A stretch of DNA of 63,865 nt, the filler included, from Klebsormidium nitens (Eukaryota > Plantae > Klebsormidiophyceae), in NCBI GenBank assembly GCA_000708835.1. It is 8 parts of 8 records of this genome, joined end to end, with 100 filler letters (N's around TTAATTAATTAA, not from the genome) between each part and the next. Parts side by side here need not be neighbours in the genome. Positions count along the whole stretch, not along the records: positions 27,018 to 31,080 come from DF237211.1; positions 31,181 to 33,833 come from DF238441.1; positions 33,934 to 52,021 come from DF237954.1; 5 more parts are not named here. One strand, 5' to 3'. This document shows, one piece after another, positions 30,537 through 41,700 of the stretch. A model generated the notes under the pieces. It saw nothing but the letters and a program-made list of their open reading frames with translations. It ran no database searches and had not been told where the DNA came from. The position numbers and the translations under genes were made by a program. The first letter of the stretch is position 1; every line of letters starts with the position of its first letter.

Positions 30537-30610
30537 TTTAGGGTTTTTGGCATTTAGGGTTTTAGGATTTCAAGCCCTTTGGGTTTAAGTGATTTAGGGT
30601 TTTAGGGTTT
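30537..30610 (+). repeat. Degenerate telomere-like TTTAGGG/TTTTAGGG tract
   Basis: TTTAGGG at 30537, 30553, 30593 and 30601, plus variants. Confidence 0.7.
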
Positions 30611-31180
30611 CAATGCCTTTGTCATCGCACAAAATAAGAAACGAACCACCGCAATTGGCAAGCATAATCATCATTTTCCGGCATATCTTCAAAGCTACGC
30701 AATGGGTAAGCTAGCGATGAGATCAGTGTCTTATATTGGACATAATATCGTATCGAAGTCCGAGTCGCACATTCACCTCCTCCTAACTCATGTACACTCA
30801 AATCAGCAAAAAGACCCACCGTTGCAGCCAATACTGTAGCCACCCCTCCATCAGCAGCGCGTTCTCCCACGTGCTGCACTTGTTGTTGTAAAACGTCATC
30901 AGCTCCTCCGCCTCTAGCTCCACGTCTCGTTGCGACGCAGCCCTGTCACGATGTATAGCATCGACAGTGCAGAGCATCGTTGCATAGCGTATTGCAGGAT
31001 TGCATAGCTTACGAGCTGACATTCGATAGCTTATAGCAGACGTTGCATAGCTTATGAGCTGTGGTTTGAGAGACGCGGTTNNNNNNNNNNNNNNNNNNNN
31101 NNNNNNNNNNNNNNNNNNNNNNNNTTAATTAATTAANNNNNNNNNNNNNNNNNNNNNNNNNNNNNNNNNNNNNNNNNNNN

Positions 31181-31484
31181 TAAGCTGAGCGGTGACGTAC
31201 AGAGCTGCTCGGGTCGGCTCGATGGTCTTTCGGACGAGGAAGCCCAGGGTCACCGCCGGATTCAAGTGCGCTCCGCTCACGTCTCCGAACGTGTATGCGA
31301 GGGTGCTGATGGTGACGCCGAACACGGTGGCCACTCCGATCGGGGCTAGCAGGTTCGCGCCACCTAGGGCCTGCGCGGCCGGATAGTTGACGGCGGTGGT
31401 GATGACGGTGAAGAGGAAGAGGCCGCTGCCCACGAACTCCGCGATGGTGGCTCTGTAGAGCGGGCTGTCGTAGAGGCTCGGCAT
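31181..31484 (-). CDS. MIP/aquaporin, N-terminal half (truncated by gap)
   Basis: MPSLYDSPLYRATIAEFVGSGLFLF...FGDVSGAHLNPAVTLG (first NPA box). Confidence 0.9.
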
Positions 31485-31846
31485 GTTTGGTGAAGACGGC
31501 TTAGAAAAAACGTGAGATATTCGCGCGGAAACGCAAAACATGTCTGAGAGGCCATGCAAAAAAAATCATAACATGCAGCATAAATGCGGGGGCATTGAGA
31601 TACAGTGCTCCATTGCTCGTAACGCGCTAGAATCCGAATGCTTGGATCGAGTTCTTGCCCCTCACAAATGCACAACGTGATGGGCACACGTGAACATTTG
31701 GAAGAATCTGAGCACATGATGAGTTGGTGGGCCTTCAAGCACACAGCCTTGCTGCTCGAGCTCGAGCGTCACTTTTTCTAGCATCCTTCGCGAGTTACGG
31801 AACCGAGTCAATCAATCTGTGTTCTGGCTAAATCGATGCTATGTGA

Positions 31847-33423
31847 TCATGTACTGGATCGCTTGCGCTTCTGGCCTTCCCTAAAGCCTTCTACAATGCT
31901 TTCCCACTCGTAGTCGTCGTAAAACATATGCTCCACGGTAACTTCGCGATCTGGCACATGTGTGAGATGGTAACGTAGGCGCTCGATGTATGCGCCCATG
32001 CGTTCTCCCCACATTGCCTGGTCTCGGATCACCGGCACTCCGAGCTTGTTGTACTTGAAGCAGCTCGGGTATTTTCTGCCTTGTGCGGACTTGAAGCCGT
32101 CTGGATTGAAACGGAGCTGGACCTGGGGTCGATTGCCGGCATCCTGGAAGAGCTCCATCGTTCTCTTATTCTCGCAAGTGTAGTTATGGTGTTGATCCTC
32201 GTCATTCTCACAGTGCACCGTGTGAGTATACAGGTCCACAAATATGTCTAGCTTTCTCCCCGAGCACCCCCCCTGGAGCCTCCTGTCAAAGGTGATTCCC
32301 GCGTCCCCTGGAAAGACGCCTGCGGCCTTAATGTAATCGACGAAGTGCTGCTCCTTGACCTTGTAGTAGCGAGAGACCTTCTCCCCTGGGAATAAGTGCA
32401 CATAACACCGCAGACAGTGTCGCTTGTAACGCTCAGGTACGACCATAGAACCGCACCCGTTGACGCACATCGGGCTGACGACGTTCACCATATCGTCCGA
32501 CTTGCAGTGGGCACAGCAAGTGGCTCGACCGCCTTGGAGGCCGAATGAAGGCTGCGATTTCCCACAGGCGCACCTCACGCTTTTTACGTTCACCATACCG
32601 TCCGACTTGCAGTGTGCACAGTGAGTGGCCCGACCGCCTTGGAAGCCGAAATAAGGCCGGGCCCTCCTACAGGCGCACTTTCGGTCTGCTAGGTTCACCA
32701 TACCTCCCGCCTTGCAATTGCTGCAGTGAGTAGCCCGGCCGCCTTGTATACCAAATCTAGGTATCGATTTACCACAACAGCACCTCCGACTGACGACGTT
32801 TACCATACCCTCCGACTTGCACTGGTTGCAGCAAGTGGGCTTGTCGCCCTTGAGACCGAAAGAAGGCCGAGCCCTCCCACANNNNNNNNNNNNNNNNNNN
32901 NNNNNNNNNNNNNNNNNNNNNNNNNNNNNNNNNNNNNNNNNNNNNNNNNNNNNNNNNNNNNNNNNNNNNNNNNNNNNNNNNNNNNNNNNNNNNNNNNNNN
33001 NNNNNNNNNNNNNNNNNNNNNNNNNNNNNNNNNNNNNNNNNNNNNNNNNNNNNNNNNNNNNNNNNNNNNNNNNNNNNNNNNNNNNNNNNNNNNNNNNNNN
33101 NNNNNNNNNNNNNNNNNNNNNNNNNNNNNNNNNNNNNNNNNNNNNNNNNNNNNNNNNNNNNNNNNNNNNNNNNNNNNNNNNNNNNNNNNNNNNNNNNNNN
33201 NNNNNNNNNNNNNNNNNNNNNNNNNNNNNNNNNNNNNNNNNNNNNNNNNNNNNNNNNNNNNNNNNNNNNNNNNNNNNNNNNNNNNNNNNNNNNNNNNNNN
33301 NNNNNNNNNNNNNNNNNNNNNNNNNNNNNNNNNCTCACAGGCGCATTTCTGGTGTTTTACGTTTACCATCTGGGCGAGCATATGGACACGCGGGTGCGCC
33401 AAGATGGTGGCGGTCAGGTCCAT
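31847..33423 (-). CDS. NCLDV-type protein: EsV-1-7-like Cys repeats plus a C-terminal Vsr/DUF559-like endonuclease; spans a gap
   Basis: Repeats of GMVNVxSxRCxCGxxxPxFGxxGGRATxCxxCK. C-terminus KEQHFVDYI...KLDIFVDL...CENDEDQH...LRFNPDGF. The same repeat frame is seen on both sides of the N run. Confidence 0.8.
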
Positions 33424-33648
33424 CTTACGGGGAGTCGGCGGAAGAAAACGGACGCCGCCAGACGCACTTGCGTGCTGGTACGACGGGGCCGTTCCTTAAG
33501 TAAACGTGACCTCGGAGTTCCTGCCCTCTCTTGTACCTGGGGCGCTTCCTTATGCCCGTCGCAAGGGGGCGAGGGCGCGCGTCTAGGAGCGTCCCTTTAA
33601 AGTGGATCCTAAACCTAGCTCCGATCGGAGAGAAGCCCCGTCGAAGAG

Positions 33649-33832
33649 ATGTCGAGTCTGCCCTTCACGGGCCGTTTGGGCAATTCCTCTTCGTCCTCGT
33701 ACGTCACAGATTCGACCGGCACTTCAGTCGCTGTCGGGCAGGGTACGGGGGTGGATGCGGGTGGCACTCAGAACATATTTTTGGGCTTCAATGCCGCGAA
33801 GAGTAACACTGGGAGCTCAAACCTGATCGCTG
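33649..33832 (+). CDS. Start of a Gly/Asn/Ser-rich fibre/adhesin-like protein (truncated by gap)
   Basis: SVAVGQGTG...QNIFLGFNAAKSNTGSSNLIAG resembles NxxxGxxA beta-repeat viral fibre proteins. Confidence 0.5.
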
Positions 33833-33933
33833 GNNNNNNNNNNNNNNNNNNNNNNNNNNNNNNNNNNNNNNNNNNNNTTAATTAATTAANNNNNNNNNNN
33901 NNNNNNNNNNNNNNNNNNNNNNNNNNNNNNNNN

Positions 33934-33982
33934 AAAATCCTGTCGAGAACGAGGTTAGGCTTAACCAGTCGTAATCGTTACA
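33934..33982. repeat. End (...GTTACA) of a second LTR-like repeat family
   Basis: AAATCCTGTCGAGAACGAGGTTAGGCTTAAC...GTTACA recurs at 52141-52188; both copies sit at contig starts. Confidence 0.6.
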
Positions 33983-33984
33983 AA

Positions 33985-34290
33985 GACGGAGCGATCGCAG
34001 CATCAGGGGTAGTTGAGATTGGGCTGCTGGCAAGCGAATTAGACGTTGATAACAATCCTGATATTGACTTCGGACAATCAACTGATGATGATGTTGACGA
34101 GTGGTATTATGACGAAGACAAGGAAGATGAAAGTGTAGGAGAAATTGAACAAGAGGCGCTTCGATTCACTGAGGAAGATGAGATAGAAGAATCAGATTTT
34201 GACCATGGCGCGAGACAGGAGATTGCAGGAGAACCTGATCTAGAAGAGAGCGATGAAGATCAGGAGAACCTAGAGTTATCTTTTCTGTAA
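33985..34290 (+). pseudogene. Acidic C-terminal fragment of an ORF cut off by the LTR-like end
   Basis: Open frame DGAIAASG...DDDVDEWYYDEDKEDE...ELSFL* starts right after GTTACA. Confidence 0.4.
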
Positions 34291-35386
34291 ATGTAATGTG
34301 CAATGCAATAAAAGAAAAGGCACATTGATCGAGCAGGGCTCCTGACTAGAAACAGTAGATTTGACCTTTTCTCACTCTAACAACTCAGTGTTCTTTGAGT
34401 CAACATCATTGTCTGTCAGAACAAACGCGACCTGTGTTTAGTGCTGCACCCATGCTGTGCACTCATCTGATTAATCAAAGTGGCAACTGAATTGCTTCAT
34501 CTGTTTGGTTCATTATATATGGTTCCCACTTACAAGCAGTAGCACAGCCGCAAGACTGCATTTTCTATCCGTTGCGGATTAACAACATGCTGAATCATCC
34601 TTTTTAGTCTTTTTGATGATCATGCTCAGGCTCAAGGTAGAGCATCTCACCTGGCCTATGGATTCAAGCCTGGCCTTTGCCAGCCTTGTTGCATTGCTGC
34701 CTCCTGTGGCACTATTGTTTGACCATAATAAAGCTGCATTGCCAACTCCAAACCCAAGTGACTCCTCCACAGCAGCACAGCGCTAACGAAGCTCGTGCAC
34801 CTCGTCCTCGGTTGAGAATGCCCACTGGCCTTCATTGCAGTTTTGTCTTCAGGTACTTTGAAGCCTCAGAACCTACACCTCAGAGACTCACCACGTAATC
34901 AGACTTGGGTTGCAGCTCCCTACTTGAATTTAATGGCGGATGCTGCCTTTTGTGCGGCTGCAGGAGCTTAGCTGAAGCCATGAAACTTGTGGCAACCTCT
35001 GCAGCTCTGCTCCTCTGCATGATCGTCCTTTCCAGCATTAGGAGCGGTGTAAATGCGTCTTAAACTCCAGCTTAAAGTTGACGATGCAGCCGTCCGATTC
35101 CAACTGTTTCGTGAAAATATTATCGACGGCAGCGATATCATTTTAGTGTGTTGGTAGATCCTGCGGACCACCTGCTAGGGCTCCCGTCGGAGAGTGATGG
35201 ACCATAGCCAGGCAGGCGGCTCTTGAGCAATTCTAGAGAAAAGGGTTGTCAAAAGAGGCGCTGGCCGGAAGAGGCGCAAGCAGAGAGGCGTCCTCAAAGG
35301 AGTTTCTGTCCACAAAAACCAGAGAGCGTTTTGAGGGTTATCTTTGAACGGGCTTTCTTTTCTTCCTTATACAAGAAGCCAGTCAG

Positions 35387-35981
35387 ATGGACAGCTTTAC
35401 TCGTGATGCGCTAAGAGCACAGATCAAGGACGAAAGAGAGCACGGGGGTGAGGTTGACTTGTTGCATCTTGAAGATAGACTTGCTCGGCTTGAGCTTTTT
35501 GAAACTCTAGATGGGGTGATCGGGGCGTTCTTCAACACCAACACATGGCCCGGGGAAAATAATCACCCTAGATGATGTGCTCAAAGTCAGCTCCAAAAGG
35601 TACTTCAGATATGAGCACCTATCCATCCCTTACAGAGCCACTGTTGCCAGAATAGAGGATTATGATGCAACCTGGCAGTGTCTCAAGTTGGCAAACAACG
35701 GGCTTCAGTACACAGCAAAGTCGGGGCAGCGGATCAGCAGACACAAGTACAACAGTTGGATTGCGCTGGGGGTTCCAGAGTTCTTGCAGCACTTTCCGAC
35801 TCTGCAGAAGAAAGTCAAGGACGCATATGACGAGGCTCGAGTATTCTACACATACGAAGAGCGGCGTGTGGATATCAAGCTGTACCCTTTGGATGAGACC
35901 CTTCCCCATCTGATGGTTACATTTGAAGAAGGCTACCCTGACTGGAGTGACTCTGCACCGAGAGAGAAGGCTTGGAAATGA
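35387..35981 (+). pseudogene. Intronless hypothetical protein (~197 aa) with a +1 frameshift
   Basis: ORFs 35387-35575 and 35577-35981 join as NNHLDDVLKVSSKRYF if one C of CCC near 35567 is removed. Confidence 0.45.
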
Positions 35982-38719
35982 GTAAAATGGCACAATAATA
36001 GGACTAGGATGCTTGAGCGGGTTTGCTTAGCCAGGGCAGGCTTCTTGTAACATCATCTGACAACACCTTGTGATGTTTCCCAGTCGGTGAAAAGCATTTT
36101 TTCATTATCAACCGGGCAACCAGGACTGAATGTGCTTTGGGAACACGTTTACCGCACTTTGTTAGTTTTTGTTTGGGACTCTCTTTCAAAACCCGGGAAG
36201 CACAGTCTTTGTGAACATACATGTAGAGGATGGTCTCGTGGATGTTACAGAGGGTGCTGACACATTAAGCATGGCTGGTGGTTGACATACCCCTCAGAGA
36301 GACCATCTTACTTGCCTATATCGATTGTTGTGCTTTCTGTGGTGCTAGTAGATTAGCACTTACTTAGAGCAAGGTCCATTATAAGAACTAGGTCCGTCTT
36401 GACATCCATTTCAGCAAGGTAAGGTACTCTCAGTGCTTCAGAGATGCGGTTTGGCACATTGCAGGGCAGCACATCGCTAATCAGCACATCCAGGGAACCT
36501 GCGCCTGTGAAATATGGTCCAAGCAGGAGCAGTAATTTCGATGCAGCTTCTACTGCTTGTTTCACTAGCAATTGCTGAATGTCATGATTCTGTCATCTGT
36601 TGACTGATCAGCTGAGTATGTCGATGAGGCTACCTCTGCAGTTGACGTCTATCTTTCAATCCATCAACAGCCAGCCTGGTTTTTATTCCTTTCATCATTG
36701 GTCAAGCAGAGCTTACAGCATTCTTTTCATCAAAGTAAGATTGATGGAGGGTCTCTAGATGTCCCAACTGGACAAAGAAGTCTTTTGCAAGTAGCATAGT
36801 CACGAGCAAACACCTTGAGCATTTTCGAAGTTGGCCTTGCAAGACACGGTCCAGTCTATAATTCTTCTGTTCTGCTGCTTTGAACATTGAAGGTTGGAAC
36901 ATAATCCTGTTCTACAAGGTTTATCAATAATCTGATTCCATGCTCATTGCAGGTCTACCACACTCCAGCAAGGCCTCTTTTTTGACTTCGCAGACGGGGG
37001 AACTAGCGCTTCTAGCTAGAGAGCTTGCAGAATAGTAATTGCAATTGCAGGTTCTTATGCTGACTCATAAGAGAAGGTGCATATCAGGTCCTGGCAGAAT
37101 TTTGCTGCTGTCAAATGATTGTGGGAAACAGAAGGCCAGTCATTCATCATCATTTTCTAATTGGACCTATACAAATCCATACGGAAACTCGTTGACACAA
37201 ATCAAAGTACAGGCTTTCCATATTGGATCCATATATATAGAAAATGCATGTCTATATGGGCTTTACATAGAGTAGGCTACCGAACGAACGATGAGGATGG
37301 TGCCGTGATTCCTCTGTCTCCCGGAACCCGCAGGCTCTGCCAGGAAAGGTCTGCAAGTTTGAAGGCGCGGTGACGCTCAAAACTTGCAATAGGTGGACAA
37401 AGGACGAGGAGGTCCGAATCGTGGACATACTAAGGAACATAGGGCGTTGAATGACGCGTAAAATTGTCGTGCTGTTCCTTGGCCCAAAATGAAGGCCGTT
37501 ATCCGGAATGGTCTCTAAGACCAATTTCGATTCTTTGCTTCTAGTCTCATGTCGGCTCCTACGTACTTCTGTTTGATCTTAGTCACCAGATTGCGACACA
37601 TGCATAAAGCTGGCCGGACAAATGAGCACCAGGGTACAAGGAGCTGGGTGCAAGAAGGAAGCTACAGCGTCACTCATTCCTTAGTACAATTACCTTACCG
37701 ACTGCATGATCCTAGCATCGTTGACGTCATGCTCTTCAAAGCATATAAGAACTTGCCGTCTGACACATCGGATGACCCTCTCATGTGGTGCCTCGGAGTC
37801 GTCGGATTTTTAAACAGAACAGAATACGTACTTCATTAGAGATCTGGCGACCATTGAACGCCTTGCATCTATACTAATAAAATATGCTGCTTGGGGATCG
37901 AGCGGAAAGGTTTCCACCGACTTCATTGGTTCGCATTTCAACTAGCTGCCAAGCATTTCATGAAGGCTACGCATGGTCGATCTTAATCAGATTTGCTATA
38001 GTTCCGCAGCTGTTGGGATTTGTGCACCAAGTCCGACCCCGGCACCGGTCATGAGGCCACGTGGAAAGAGGAATCAATCTGGTTGGGTGCATGTGGGGAT
38101 ATATCGCGCCGTTATGGCTGTTCTCTTGTTTGGAACGTATACAAGTGCTGCATGAAATAGCTTAGATATCGGACCAATGTCAAGTACGATGTACGTATAA
38201 GTATAGGTGTAGGTCAGAGCGGTGCAAAGGGCATTGCAAGGTTAATCGACCACCGGGCGTTCCAATTGATACACCACAATGTACGAACAAGCGTGGTTTT
38301 GAGTCGTGCACATGCACTTTTAGCTTCCACACGTTATGCACATGCGGCGATTGCAGGCGCTTTGCAGTTTAAATATCAACGTGAATTTGACAGTCGGCTT
38401 CAATCTACAGCAGATATATACTCATTAAACCGACTGGGATCCGCCGCCGAACTCCGCATATGTCCAAGTACGTAATTCCGACCGTTAACTCCGTTGATTG
38501 ATCGTCTGAGCATGCCACTTAGAATCCACAACTGCTCGCAATATGGTCCGAGATGTTGGGCCCATGCATGCCAGTACACTTTAGCCTTTAGCTAGTGTTT
38601 CTGGAAGAACACTGCAAGCTACCCAGAAAAGGCTCTTGAAACCGTCATAGTCGCACCTCATAGTCGCACTTTATGAAACTACTGCGAATCAAAGCGGAGA
38701 TCAATAGCAGCATAAACTC

Positions 38720-41700
38720 TCACACCTCGATCATGGCCGCGTTCCGCTTGAGCTTGCGGAGCTGCGCCGCGGTGCGCATCCGCTGCTCGATCACGAGCCG
38801 CGCAGCGATGGCTTCGGCAGTGTATCCGGAGGCCCGCGCAAACTCGCGCTCCTGCTGCGCGAGGTCCTCGAGGAGGTCGTCGATCTCGCGCACGAAGTCG
38901 ATGCGCAGGATGCCCTCGTCGTCCTCGGGGTATTCCCACGTGCCGTCCGCCTGCAGACCAGGGCGGTGTGAATGAGGGGAGGGTGTCTGAAAAGCAGGAA
39001 TCAGGAGGTGAAGCTATGACTGCGCACAAAGAGCTGTTTTTGAGGACTGCGACGGGTAAGCGTACAAGGATTGGAGATTCGAAAATATCAGACGCCCTTT
39101 CCACGTGGTTGCCAGAGCAGTCTTCGGCTGCCAACGGAGTGTTGGAACGAAGGCTAAAAGAAAGCGTGAAGGCGTGCAAGCTAATTCAGCGCGCAATGAC
39201 CCTTGAAGCAGCCGGACAATGTTCCTTCCAACACACTTAGGACGCAATGTCACCACCGCAAAACAAAACCTTCATCTGATTCTCACTTTGCTGAACCAAA
39301 GGCCTATACGTTTCATATTGTGGGCGCGTGTACCGCTTGAATCGTCGATGCCTCTCGCAAGGCAAGAAACGGAAACGCCACTGTCCAAGCCCCTGAAAGA
39401 TCCCCAAACCTCCCATAAAGGGATGTTTCGCACGTCCCAGAACAGACAAGACTTCTCCGACTTGCGACTCACGCGGGGCTTGGGCACCCCCGGAGGGTTG
39501 AAGATGTCGATTGATCTGGGCGCCCTTGCAGTCTAATTTTGCTCTGCTCCTCTCGAGTTAACAAATAAGGACACGGGTTTTTTGCTTCGAAGGATTCTCG
39601 AAGCTTCCCATAATTCCGGGTCTCCAAACAGACGAGCCGTTTCCGACTCGCGACTCACGCGCGGCTTGGGCACCCCCGGCGGGTTGAAGATGTCGATGGC
39701 GCTCTCTGGCACGAACTCCGCGCGCATGCGGTCGCGGCAGAGGCGCAGCCACGTGGCCTCGTCCAGCGCGCCGTCGTCCAGCTGCAGCAACTCGTCCAGC
39801 AGGCGCAGCGCGGGGGACGCGTTCTGGCGCTCCATCTCGGCCTGCGTGACGTCAGCAATGGTGATGTGAGAGTGACTTCAGCAAGACGAGTGTGCTGCAA
39901 GGGGTATGGTGATAGAAGGGGCGGAGAACTGCCAGCTACTTCACCCAGCAGGCGCAGCGCGGGGGACCCGTTCTGCCGCTCCATCTCGGCCTGTGTGACG
40001 TCAGCGATGGAAGAGTGACGTCAGCAACCACGAAGAGAGACTTGAGCCAGGGGAGTGTGTCGAAAGTAATGCAATGAAAGAGGGGTTGGATGAAGCGGAG
40101 AACTGCCGGCTACTTCGTTTAGCAGGCGCAGCGCGGAGGTTGCGTTCTGCCGCTCCATCTCGGCCTGCGTGACGTCAGCGATGTCATCAGCGACGCGAAA
40201 TTGACGTCAGCAAGACGAGTGTGTTGCAACGGGTATGATCATGAAAGGGCCGGAGAACTGCCAGCTACTTCGTCCAGCAGCCGCTGCGCGGAGGTTGCGT
40301 TCTGATGCTCCATCTTGGTTGGAGAAAATGAGAGTGACGTCGGCTAAGCAAGGGTGACGTCAACGAGAGCAGAGAAGGTGGTCAGTCACGAGTTGGACTG
40401 TCAACACATTGGAACGAACAGACACAATGATGCTAAACCGTTTGGCAGGCGCAGCGCAGTCTAGTGCTCCATCTCGGCCTGGAGCGATGGACAGTGACGT
40501 CAGTGAGGGCAGAGCGAGACGTCAATCAGGAGCAGAACCGGAAAGCGACGAGAAGACAGGGTTTTTGTAGGCTAGAATTGGACGGATAGCAGGCGAGGGT
40601 ATGACTCAAGCGAGGGGTGACTTAGGGTAAGACTCGGGTTATACGGCAAGCGAAAAGAAAGTGAGAGGCGAAGCAGCGCAGACTTCAAGAACGTCAAAGA
40701 AAATGGGATCAGAAACTTAGAAACACCTACGAGCTTACAGGGCAGTGATCCTGGCAGGAAGAAAAGAACGTAGGCCGAAAAATAACAACAGAAGGAAATA
40801 CTGTTCGCGGATCCAACGAAAAACGGAAGGAGCACGGAGATGACGTCAGCATGTATGTCAAAGGGCCGGCCTCACCTCGATATACTTATACAGGATGTCG
40901 AGGGTTTCAATCGCCTTGTCCGCCTTCTGCAAAGACAACCAACGAGTGACGTCAGAAACGCGACAAAATGATGACGAGGGCCGGACGTGGAAGTACCGAG
41001 GCTGCGGTCGACGAAAGGCCGCCTCGGACTACGTGCATGTACCGATCACGCTCAACGCTTCGGCTCTTGGACAATCTTTCAGAACGTAAGACAAGAAGGT
41101 TGTGATGAAGCATTGGCGGCATCACAACCTGAAGTTTGCAAGCGATTCGCGAACGGTTAGAATGGTTAGAATGGTTGGAATAGTCAGAATGGCAGGTCGT
41201 AAGTCGCTCAATACCGCAGGTGAAAGTGCTGTGTTCGAACAAAAGACTTCGGAAACTATCTGGAATCTGCTTCGATCAGTGGCTTTAGCGCTCTTAGCGT
41301 TTCCTCCTGTCAAGATATACCATCCGCAATTCAGACCACTCCGGAAGCAGCGTCATCCAAATCCAGTACCTAACCAAACCCTCCAGAAACTCAATCCCAC
41401 TCACGTTCTTTCGCGCGATGCCCATCTTCCGGTCGATCGCCCGCAGGATCTGCGTGTCCAGCCTTTTCTCGCGCCCTAGTTGCGTGATCATTTCCTCCAC
41501 TCGTTCCCCCGCAACCAGCATTCGGTCCACCAGCATGTTCGCCTGAGCTGCCTCGTCCGTCTGCAGGGAAGCAACTCTACCGGGTTTCGTGGAGTGGGCC
41601 AGATAACTGTCGAACGAGTATTCTGTAGCAGTTCCTCCCTCTCTGGTAGGTCATTGCCTGCGCGGCCTCGCCCATCTGCGAGTAGATGGAAGTCTACCGG

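Noticed and set aside
34500-37900. Several short minus-strand ORFs that might be exons of one gene
   Set aside because: I could not build a phase-consistent model or recognise a domain.
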